From: a virus
Direction: 5' to 3' (one strand)
Length of the DNA stretch: 45,159 nucleotides
IMG/VR virus record: IMGVR_UViG_3300029197_000008
The position numbers were made by a program, and so were the translations under genes. Numbering within the stretch: the first letter of the stretch is position 1; every line of letters begins with the position of its first letter. The notes below the pieces were generated by a model that saw only the letters and a program-made list of their open reading frames with translations, was not told where the DNA came from and searched no databases. Positions 8,037 through 14,792 of the stretch are shown piece after piece.

Positions 8037-8158
8037 GCAAATCAGTCCTTTAAATTGTCATTTTCGCCATTTGCGTTAAATAAGAATTCTATATGTTATA
8101 GTTGATTATAGCATCATGCAATATAGTTGTAAATAGACGTTTGTAGGTGATTTATGAA

Positions 8159-8533
8159 ATGAAAATAATTAAAAATATACTAATTATAATAGGAGCTGTG
8201 CTTTTGCTTAATTATATTGTTTGTTTACCAATGTGCGTAGACGATTATATCTGCGAAGAGTCAGAAGTGTATTCTGTCCAAAATGCGTACAGATCTTCTA
8301 CCCTACATAAGAATAGCGCCCATGAAACAAAGCAGACCATGCCGCCGTTTTTATTCGCCCTGCCACTAAACAGAAAAGACTATATCTTTGATGTTACGAA
8401 TAATTTCTATGCGATCATAAACATATCGGTGTATATCTGGCAGTTTCCAAGGGCGAACATTAGTGGCATAATAGCAAAAATGAACGAATGTTCGGTTATA
8501 TTTCACACAAACCGGACATATACTGTAGTGTAG
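8159..8533 (+). CDS. Hypothetical protein with N-terminal signal/TM segment
   Basis: SD AGGTGA 8 nt before ATG 8159. IIKNILIIIGAVLLLNYIV hydrophobic N-terminus. Divergent from the LytTR operon. Confidence 0.4.
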   Translation: MKIIKNILIIIGAVLLLNYIVCLPMCVDDYICEESEVYSVQNAYRSSTLHKNSAHETKQTMPPFLFALPLNRKDYIFDVTNNFYAIINISVYIWQFPRANISGIIAKMNECSVIFHTNRTYTVV

Positions 8534-8561
8534 GCGGTAGCTGTGACAGGGAGGGTTATTT

Positions 8562-8681
8562 ATGGATTATAAGAAGGAAATTATTGAAATGATAGAAAAA
8601 ATGAGCAACTTGACTTTTTTAAAAATGGCTTATGGATTTGTAAGAAGATTATACAAGGAAGAAAAAGAGCAGGGGAGTTAA
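8562..8681 (+). CDS. Small hypothetical protein (39 aa)
   Basis: SD GGGAGGG upstream. Ends inside the terminator stem. Below the ORF-track size cut-off. Confidence 0.4.
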   Translation: MDYKKEIIEMIEKMSNLTFLKMAYGFVRRLYKEEKEQGS

Positions 8682-8699
8682 CCCCTGCTTCTTTTATTT
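8668..8699. terminator. Bidirectional terminator between convergent genes
   Basis: 8-bp stem AGCAGGGG/CCCCTGCT, with T-runs on both strands. Confidence 0.7.
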
Positions 8700-9041
8700 C
8701 ATAAACCGTTCCATAAAGTCCCAGAATAGTTTTTTGTCTTCTGGCGTAAGCTGATAGTATTTTGTTATGGCATCTCTGGCTTTTTTATCATGGACGGCAA
8801 TGGTGGCGCAAAGATCACTAAAGTCAATATCAATGTCCTTTTCTTTTTTTCCTTTACCAGTTCTTAACCATTCTTCATTCAGAGAAAATTCATTACAAAT
8901 ATCTCTTATAGTCCTGTCGGACATATTTTTATTTCCGTTTTCAAACTGATTAATGAAATTTCTTGAAAGATTTAACCTTTCTGCAAAAGCTTCTTGACTT
9001 AAATGATGTTCTTTGCGGATTCCAATAATCCTATTTCTCAT
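8694..9041 (-). CDS. XRE-family HTH repressor (CI-like)
   Basis: IRKEHHLSQEAFAERLNLSRNFINQFENG HTH. SD AAAGGAGGA. Divergent from the early promoter. Confidence 0.85.
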   Translation of the reverse strand: MRNRIIGIRKEHHLSQEAFAERLNLSRNFINQFENGNKNMSDRTIRDICNEFSLNEEWLRTGKGKKEKDIDIDFSDLCATIAVHDKKARDAITKYYQLTPEDKKLFWDFMERFMK

Positions 9042-9079
9042 CGATATCCTCCTTTCTGTTATTATAATACATCAAAAAG

Positions 9080-9142
9080 GTTTACAAGTCAACATTTTTA
9101 TATTGACAAAAGATAACTTGTGTGCTATATTATGTTTACAAG
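9080..9142 (+). promoter_or_regulatory. Early rightward promoter with putative operators
   Basis: TTGACA (9103-9108), 17-nt spacer, TATATT (9126-9131). GTTTACAAG direct repeat at 9080-9088 and 9134-9142. Inverted half-site ACTTGT at 9116-9121. Confidence 0.65.
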
Positions 9143-9179
9143 GAAACAAGGAGGTGAAGAAAAATGTTAGAATGCATCA

Positions 9180-9707
9180 TTAGCGAAAATATTCTCGGTC
9201 AGGTTTCAGTTCAACTCGAAATGACGAGCCACGACTGGTCGAAATTAAAAACCTCTGGTGTGTGGAGTCAGATGGAGCAGGTTCTAATGGAATCTGAAAC
9301 ACAAAGTAGCCGCTGCTTCCACCATATCCAGACAAACAAACCGGAAGAGACATATTGTGCAAGCTGCTGGAAGAAACGGTTTTTCCACCGATTTTCCGGT
9401 CTGAAGAAGCAACGATAGTTGGCAACTTATTGCATGGATATGTAATTCCGTTAATAACAATTGAGACATCTGTAATTGATATTGCGGAATTTGAGAGATT
9501 GTCGAACTGAATATAAGCCAAAGCCAGTTGTTTTTCTGGGCTATATCCAAAATAAGGTAAGCTCAAATGAAGATTACGCCGTGATTGAAATAATTGCCAA
9601 GCAGTTCCAGCAGACCCTATTAACCCAAGCATAAAGGAAACATTTTCAAACGTAATGATTTCTTTAGCCGATTTTAAAATTGAAATAATTTGATTTATTT
9701 TAATCAC
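9180..9707 (-). CDS. Membrane-anchored hypothetical protein (moron-like, candidate exclusion factor)
   Basis: One TM helix (VSFMLGLIGSAGTAW) plus a beta-rich domain. Preceded by copy 1 of the 42-bp promoter/SD element. The GTG start overlaps the SD, so the start is uncertain. Confidence 0.6.
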   Translation of the reverse strand: MIKINQIISILKSAKEIITFENVSFMLGLIGSAGTAWQLFQSRRNLHLSLPYFGYSPEKQLALAYIQFDNLSNSAISITDVSIVINGITYPCNKLPTIVASSDRKIGGKTVSSSSLHNMSLPVCLSGYGGSSGYFVFQIPLEPAPSDSTHQRFLISTSRGSSFRVELKPDREYFR

Positions 9708-9746
9708 CTCCCTCTACTGGGAGTATATCACAAGAAAGGAGTGAGT
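9705..9746. repeat. 42-bp bidirectional promoter/RBS element, copy 1
   Basis: CACCTCCCTCTACTGGGAGTATATCACAAGAAAGGAGTGAGT is identical to 10559-10600. The minus strand carries an extended -10 TGATATACT (9722-9730) and SD GAGGGAGG. The plus strand carries SD AAGGAG. Confidence 0.8.
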
Positions 9747-9748
9747 GC

Positions 9749-9910
9749 ATGACTACATTAGAAAGAACTGATATTGAAGATGGAAAACGTATTGTTGATA
9801 TCTTTACAACTTTATCAGAAGAAAACAAGAATATGGCAATCGTTTATCTTTCCGCATTGAGAGATAAGGAGATTGCGGATTCTTATAAGGCACAGAAAGA
9901 AAGTTCTTAA
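9749..9910 (+). CDS. Small hypothetical protein (53 aa)
   Basis: The ATG lies 8 nt after the AAGGAG contributed by repeat copy 1. Confidence 0.5.
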   Translation: MTTLERTDIEDGKRIVDIFTTLSEENKNMAIVYLSALRDKEIADSYKAQKESS

Positions 9911-9931
9911 CTAGAAAGGAGGTGAAAACAG

Positions 9932-10291
9932 TTGAGCAGATACAAAAAAGAAACCGATGAAGCCATAAGAAGACTTAGCGAGCATCTCTGGAATTTGCAA
10001 GACCAGACCAACAAAATAAAGGAAGCTGTTCTGACAGGTGAAAAAGGCAATTTGAAAATGCCAGAGAAAAGAGAGCTGGAACCAGGTGAGCCGATTCCTT
10101 ATGACGGAACGGTAGATGTGGACAGTATCTTTCCAAAAGAGCCGTGTGAGCAGGTAGATGTTGAATTTTCGGTAAAGGAATTATTACAAATGTATACACA
10201 TTATATAGATTCGCTATCTACCGACACACACGTTTTAGCAGCTATTTCAATAATTGCTCTAATAATTTCAATAGTGGCTCTGATTGTATAG
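9932..10291 (+). CDS. Tail-anchored membrane protein, hypothetical
   Basis: SD AGGAGGTG 7 nt before the TTG start. C-terminal TM helix AAISIIALIISIVALIV. Confidence 0.55.
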   Translation: MSRYKKETDEAIRRLSEHLWNLQDQTNKIKEAVLTGEKGNLKMPEKRELEPGEPIPYDGTVDVDSIFPKEPCEQVDVEFSVKELLQMYTHYIDSLSTDTHVLAAISIIALIISIVALIV

Positions 10292-10553
10292 AGATTGAGA
10301 AAAGCCCAGTAATCAGCGCAATGATGGATAGAACAGTGGTTATCCAGAATCGAGAAATATCTTGGAAATACACTTTTATAGCAACTTCCCCCTCTTGGGT
10401 GATTTCATATTCGTGTTTTCCATCTCTTGAACGGCTTAGATATTTTTTCTCAAAAAGATATCTTGCGGCGTCTGCTTCACGCGGTCCATCAGTGCTAAAG
10501 CCTTTATTCCGTAGAGCCTTTTTCAATATTTTACACTGAAATTTGGTAATCAC
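10242..10553 (-). CDS. Tail-anchored hypothetical protein (moron-like)
   Basis: GTG 10553 lies 7 nt after SD GAGGGAGG in repeat copy 2. C-terminal TM helix. Its 3' end overlaps the convergent gene 9932-10291 by 50 nt. Confidence 0.55.
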   Translation of the reverse strand: MITKFQCKILKKALRNKGFSTDGPREADAARYLFEKKYLSRSRDGKHEYEITQEGEVAIKVYFQDISRFWITTVLSIIALITGLFSISIQSEPLLKLLEQLLK

Positions 10554-10558
10554 ATCAA

Positions 10559-10600
10559 CACCTCCCTCTACTGGGAGTATATCACAAGAAAGGAGTGAGT
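10559..10600. repeat. 42-bp bidirectional promoter/RBS element, copy 2
   Basis: Identical to 9705-9746. Extended -10 lies at 10576-10584 on the minus strand. Confidence 0.8.
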
Positions 10601-10604
10601 ACAC

Positions 10605-10982
10605 ATCAAAAAGAAATTATTAATTATCCCGATAGTTGCAGGGGCTGTTTTTCTCTCTGGTTGCAAAGGGAAACTGAAAGAGGGAGAAATTTACAATAAA
10701 GAATTTATTCCTGCACATACAGAAACAGTTCTGATCTCTACAGTCCGAACTAACGGAAAAACGTCATATACAACTGTAATACCTTATGTGTATTACTATT
10801 CGGATTCTTATGAAATAGATATTCGCGATTACAATGAGGAAGAAAAAGAATATGACACAGCTACTTATTATGTAACTGAGGAAGTATATAACCAATGTGA
10901 GATTGGAAGTATTTTCAAATATGAAAAAGGCCGGGATTTTAATGAGATTCCACATACTCGTGAAGAAGCAGATTCTAATTAG
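10605..10982 (+). CDS. Putative lipoprotein with a non-canonical ATC at the expected start
   Basis: IKKKLLIIPIVAGAVFLSGC is a textbook lipoprotein signal with an LSGC lipobox. SD AGGAG lies 9 nt upstream of ATC 10605. There is no ATG/GTG/TTG between the stop at 10596 and the lipobox. Confidence 0.55.
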   Translation: MKKKLLIIPIVAGAVFLSGCKGKLKEGEIYNKEFIPAHTETVLISTVRTNGKTSYTTVIPYVYYYSDSYEIDIRDYNEEEKEYDTATYYVTEEVYNQCEIGSIFKYEKGRDFNEIPHTREEADSN

Positions 10983-11044
10983 AAGCAGAAATGTGGAAAA
11001 CAGCATATCTTAACATGGTGAATGCATAAAAAGGAGGTTTACTG

Positions 11045-11203
11045 ATGGCAGTAATCAAAACAATCAAAAAAGGGTCTGGGGTAATCAGGATACATGATGA
11101 TTACTGCAAGGATAACACACCGGAAGACAATCAGAGAATTGTAGATGAGTGTTCAAGAATCATCTTGAGCTACTATCGAAGAAAAGAAGCAAATTTGACG
11201 TAA
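11045..11203 (+). CDS. Small hypothetical protein (52 aa)
   Basis: SD AAAGGAGG upstream of the ATG. Confidence 0.45.
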   Translation: MAVIKTIKKGSGVIRIHDDYCKDNTPEDNQRIVDECSRIILSYYRRKEANLT

Positions 11204-11325
11204 GCGCCCCGGAGGGAGTCACGACCTCCGCCCCGGAGCCGTAAACCACTAAACCAACCTTAGCGGATTACAGGATAATCATAACATTTCTTCCTGTATT
11301 TCGCAAGAGAACAGGAGGATTTTTT

Positions 11326-11514
11326 ATGAAGAAAACCGAGGGTAAAAGCACAATGGATAACGCAAAAGTAACCAGCTTTGAAGATTTTGAAAACTTCTAT
11401 GCAGTGGAAGTCGTAAGAGAAGCCAAGAAACAGACACAGAAATGGTTCTATGCATGGGGAATTACCATGGCGGCATTGATTCTTTCGAATGCAGCATGGG
11501 TATTCCTTAGATAG
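11326..11514 (+). CDS. Small membrane protein
   Basis: SD CAGGAGG. C-terminal TM helix. Confidence 0.5.
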   Translation: MKKTEGKSTMDNAKVTSFEDFENFYAVEVVREAKKQTQKWFYAWGITMAALILSNAAWVFLR

Positions 11515-11524
11515 AGGGGTGCGA

Positions 11525-11671
11525 ATGAAGAAATATCGTAAACGAGAAATTTTGATGTCAATAGCAATCGGAATCCTTTTAACATTCCTACCAGCATGGG
11601 AGTGGACAAATGGGCTTGATCGGATTCTGACAGCAGCAATCATAAGCCTGATTCTGATAGGAAATTTATGA
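11525..11671 (+). CDS. Small membrane protein (48 aa)
   Basis: ATG 11525 is preferred over the track start. Two hydrophobic segments. Confidence 0.45.
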   Translation: MKKYRKREILMSIAIGILLTFLPAWEWTNGLDRILTAAIISLILIGNL

Positions 11672-11683
11672 AAGGGAGAAAAA

Positions 11684-11950
11684 ATGAACGATGAGAAAAT
11701 TAAGGAATTATTTGAACTGTGCCTGAGAGTTTCAAGTGAAACAACGGCGCATGTGAATTTTGACTATACGGCGTGTGACGACATATCCAGAGTTTATATT
11801 TATGTATTTAATGATGCAGGGGAGATCGTAAAGCATTTTTCAGTGTGCCAGTTTTACGAATTTCCGTCTGAAGCTGGAAGTTTTGAGGGTGCGAAGAAAT
11901 GTCTTCTGGAACTGCTTATTAATGGGAGGTGTCCGTTAAATGAATCTTGA
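11684..11950 (+). CDS. Hypothetical protein
   Basis: SD AAGGGAG. Confidence 0.6.
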   Translation: MNDEKIKELFELCLRVSSETTAHVNFDYTACDDISRVYIYVFNDAGEIVKHFSVCQFYEFPSEAGSFEGAKKCLLELLINGRCPLNES

Positions 11951-12218
11951 AGAATTAAGGCTTCTTCCAAAATGGGATATGGTACTTGCAGTGAATGTCC
12001 TCTTGGAGGAACTGAACAAGCGAAATGTGCCTATTGTTGACTGGGAGAATTCAGATATGTTTATCGACCATCTTGAGTATCACGCCGCTGATTCCATTCA
12101 GAACGGCAAGACAGTTCCGGGCATGGGAGATAAGTCAGACGCGATCTATTGTTTTTTTAAGCAGTTAAAGGAGCCGGTCTATGAACGAGAGGATACAGGA
12201 AGTACTGAGACTGATTGA
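11940..12218 (+). CDS. Hypothetical protein
   Basis: SD GGGAGGTG. Confidence 0.6.
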   Translation: MNLEELRLLPKWDMVLAVNVLLEELNKRNVPIVDWENSDMFIDHLEYHAADSIQNGKTVPGMGDKSDAIYCFFKQLKEPVYEREDTGSTETD

Positions 12219-12354
12219 TGTTCAGCTTGCACTTGCTCCAGACAATCCAATAGAGGAGCAGTATAAGGCGAGAACGTTGTCAAGTTATGTGCAGACTTTA
12301 AATGGGCTTTTGACAGCTCAGAAATCATATAAGGAGGAGAGTATCAGTGAGTGA
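12181..12354 (+). CDS. Small hypothetical protein (57 aa)
   Basis: SD AAGGAG. Overlaps both neighbouring genes. Confidence 0.35.
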   Translation: MNERIQEVLRLIDVQLALAPDNPIEEQYKARTLSSYVQTLNGLLTAQKSYKEESISE

Positions 12355-12547
12355 ATTTGAAATCCGTATTCCGGCAAGGAAGAAGCAGCCTGCAACCGAT
12401 AAGGATAACCCAGTTGTGAAAGTATCAGCAGTTGCATACAACGCACTGGTCGAAATCTATAACGAATCAACCTTATCCATGAAGGATATCGCAAGTTTGC
12501 TGATTATTGAAGGCAGTAAACATGTGGTTTATGACAAGGAGGAATAG
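12347..12547 (+). CDS. Hypothetical protein
   Basis: SD AAGGAGGAG before the GTG start. Confidence 0.5.
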   Translation: MSEFEIRIPARKKQPATDKDNPVVKVSAVAYNALVEIYNESTLSMKDIASLLIIEGSKHVVYDKEE

Positions 12548-12549
12548 CA

Positions 12550-13200
12550 ATGGCAACACCAGTATTAATCATTGGAAAATCTGGTTCCGGCAAGAGTACC
12601 AGTCTTAGAAACTGCCAGAATGAACACTGGAATCTTATTAGAGTATTAAATAAACCACTTCCGTTTAAAGGCAAGATTGACGGATGGTTTACAGATGATT
12701 ACCAGCAGGTAATGAAGTGCCTGATCGCATCAAAAGCGGAGTCAATCGTAATTGATGATGCAGGATATCTTATCACAAACCACTTTATGCGTGGACATGC
12801 TTCTGCCGGAAAAGGCAATGCGGTATTCGCTCTGTACAATGATATTGGAGACTATTTTTGGAATCTTATCCAGTTTATTGTCACGAAAGTACCTCAGGAC
12901 AAGATTGTGTACATGATGATGCACGAAGAAAAGGACGATTCCGGAGATGTGAAGCCGAAGACTATCGGCAAGTTACTTGATGAAAAGATTTGCTTAGAAG
13001 GTCTTTTTACAATCGTTCTTCGTTGCATCGAAGAGAGCGGCAAGCACTTATTTGTCACTCAGTCCAGTCAGGGAGCAGTAAGCAAGTCTCCGATCGGGAT
13101 GTTTGACAGTTTGACTATTGATAATGACCTTGCAGAAGTGGACAAGGTTATCAGAGACTACTACGAATTAGGAGGAACAGACAATGCAGAAACCAAATAA
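12550..13200 (+). CDS. P-loop ATPase (AAA_24 / Sak4-like recombination ATPase)
   Basis: Walker A GKSGSGKST and Walker B SIVIDDAG. Position is upstream of an SSB-like gene. Confidence 0.75.
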   Translation: MATPVLIIGKSGSGKSTSLRNCQNEHWNLIRVLNKPLPFKGKIDGWFTDDYQQVMKCLIASKAESIVIDDAGYLITNHFMRGHASAGKGNAVFALYNDIGDYFWNLIQFIVTKVPQDKIVYMMMHEEKDDSGDVKPKTIGKLLDEKICLEGLFTIVLRCIEESGKHLFVTQSSQGAVSKSPIGMFDSLTIDNDLAEVDKVIRDYYELGGTDNAETK

Positions 13201-13777
13201 TTACGAAAACACACAGGCATCTGGAGAATTTACACCTATCAAATTAGGTGGTCATATCCTTGAAATTAAGGAAGTTCTTGAAACGCAGAGCAGATCAGGA
13301 AAACCAATGTTGAAAGTATCTTTTGATTTTGCTCAGAATGATTCTCAGGCAGGATATTTTGTGGAATCATTTAGAAATGATATCAGACCAGACAAAAGAT
13401 GGCCGTCAGCAGGAACAACGTATATCATGACAGAAGATCAGGACGGAAACTGTTCAAAGCAGTTTAAAACATTCACGACTTCCGTTGAAAAATCTAACCC
13501 TGGCTTTTCTGTAATCTGGGGTGATAATTTTGGACAGTGCTTTAAAGGAAAGGCTGTTGGCGGAGTGTTTGGGATTGTAGAAGAAGAATACAACGGAAGT
13601 ACACACAAAAATCATAAACTCAGATGGTTCAGAAGTGTGGATGGTGTGAAAGATGCAGCTATTCCGGAAGAAAAATTGCTTCCTACTTCTTCAAATCAGA
13701 GTTCTATGCATGAGCCTGGTTCAGACGGATTTATGAATATTCCAGACGGAATCGATGAAGAATTACCATTTAACTAA
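13184..13777 (+). CDS. Putative ssDNA-binding protein (DUF669-like)
   Basis: The acidic C-terminal tip IDEELPFN resembles an SSB tail. Synteny with the Sak4-like ATPase. Confidence 0.55.
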   Translation: MQKPNNYENTQASGEFTPIKLGGHILEIKEVLETQSRSGKPMLKVSFDFAQNDSQAGYFVESFRNDIRPDKRWPSAGTTYIMTEDQDGNCSKQFKTFTTSVEKSNPGFSVIWGDNFGQCFKGKAVGGVFGIVEEEYNGSTHKNHKLRWFRSVDGVKDAAIPEEKLLPTSSNQSSMHEPGSDGFMNIPDGIDEELPFN

Positions 13778-13790
13778 GAGGGTGATTTAA

Positions 13791-14318
13791 ATGGATATAC
13801 AGATTGATTCCAGAGAAAAAGCCAAGGCAATACAAAAAATCAAAAAATCATTTGATCAGGGCGGAGTCAATTATTTTTTCAGCAAGCTCATGGTGGGGGA
13901 TTATATGAATTTGGATAATCCCCGCCTGATAATTGACAGAAAGCAGAATTTGCAGGAATTGTATGGAAATGTCTGCCATCAGCATGAAAGGTTCAAGAAA
14001 GAACTTATAAAAGCTATGCAGACACATATTCAGCTTGTAATTCTGGTAGAACACGGATCAGATGTGAAGTGTCTTGAAGATGTATATTTCTTCTATCAGC
14101 CGGAGATGGAACGCTTTCGGTATGTAACGCGAACAATTGACGGAAAACAAATCAAAACAAGAGAAAAATACATACAGAAAGAAATTAAAGGAACTTCTTT
14201 GTTTCGATCTTTATGCACAATTAGAGACCGGTATAATGTACAGTTTGAATTCTGCAATAAAAAGGACACCGGAAAACGAATAATGGAGATTCTGTCGGAT
14301 GGACAAAGAAACAATTAA
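13791..14318 (+). CDS. ERCC4/Mus81-like nuclease (putative structure-specific endonuclease)
   Basis: IDSREK ... GDY ... IIDRKQNLQEL pattern resembles the GDxn-ERKx3D motif. Confidence 0.5.
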   Translation: MDIQIDSREKAKAIQKIKKSFDQGGVNYFFSKLMVGDYMNLDNPRLIIDRKQNLQELYGNVCHQHERFKKELIKAMQTHIQLVILVEHGSDVKCLEDVYFFYQPEMERFRYVTRTIDGKQIKTREKYIQKEIKGTSLFRSLCTIRDRYNVQFEFCNKKDTGKRIMEILSDGQRNN

Positions 14319-14790
14319 ACAGCAGAACAGCATGAGAGATGTTCTTTCCAGATACGGAATGATTCCGAACAGAGCTGGCTTTATCAGTTGCCCATTTCAT
14401 CCCAGTGACCGTACTGCTTCATTGAAAATTTACAAAGACAGCTATTATTGTTTCGGTTGTGGTGCAACAGGTGACATATTTACATTCGTTCAGAACATGG
14501 ATAATTGCGATTTTAAGACAGCTTTTACCATACTTGGGGGAACTTACCAGAAACCAGATTTCTCCTCCAGAATGGCAATATATCACGCTCAGAAGCAAAA
14601 AGAAATGAGAGAGAAAGCAGAGCGGAAGAAAAACGAAGAATTGCAGGAATGTTTGTCCGATATTGACTTTTACAGGTCTATTCTTGGCAGAGTAAAGCCA
14701 TTATCAGATGGCTGGTGTGAAGCATGGAACAAATTACAGCTTGCATTATATAAGCATGGATTTCTAACAGGATTGGAAGAAGGTGATTAA
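14299..14790 (+). CDS. CHC2 zinc-finger protein (DnaG primase zinc-binding domain only)
   Basis: CPFHPSDRTASLKIY...YYCFGCGATGDIFTF. Confidence 0.75.
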   Translation: MDKETIKQQNSMRDVLSRYGMIPNRAGFISCPFHPSDRTASLKIYKDSYYCFGCGATGDIFTFVQNMDNCDFKTAFTILGGTYQKPDFSSRMAIYHAQKQKEMREKAERKKNEELQECLSDIDFYRSILGRVKPLSDGWCEAWNKLQLALYKHGFLTGLEEGD

Positions 14791-14792
14791 AA

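Noticed and set aside
9164-9418. 84-aa plus-strand ORF with a perfect SD/ATG right after the early promoter (a possible Cro)
   Set aside because: Its composition is Trp/Cys/His-rich and it has no HTH. It is entirely antisense to a better-formed 175-aa minus-strand ORF with its own promoter. It is kept only as a possible leader or relic in the findings.
10764-11006. 80-aa minus ORF, and the 127-aa minus ORF at 11260-11643
   Set aside because: They are antisense to plus-strand genes that have SDs and plausible products. Their composition is hydrophobic, low-complexity and artefactual.
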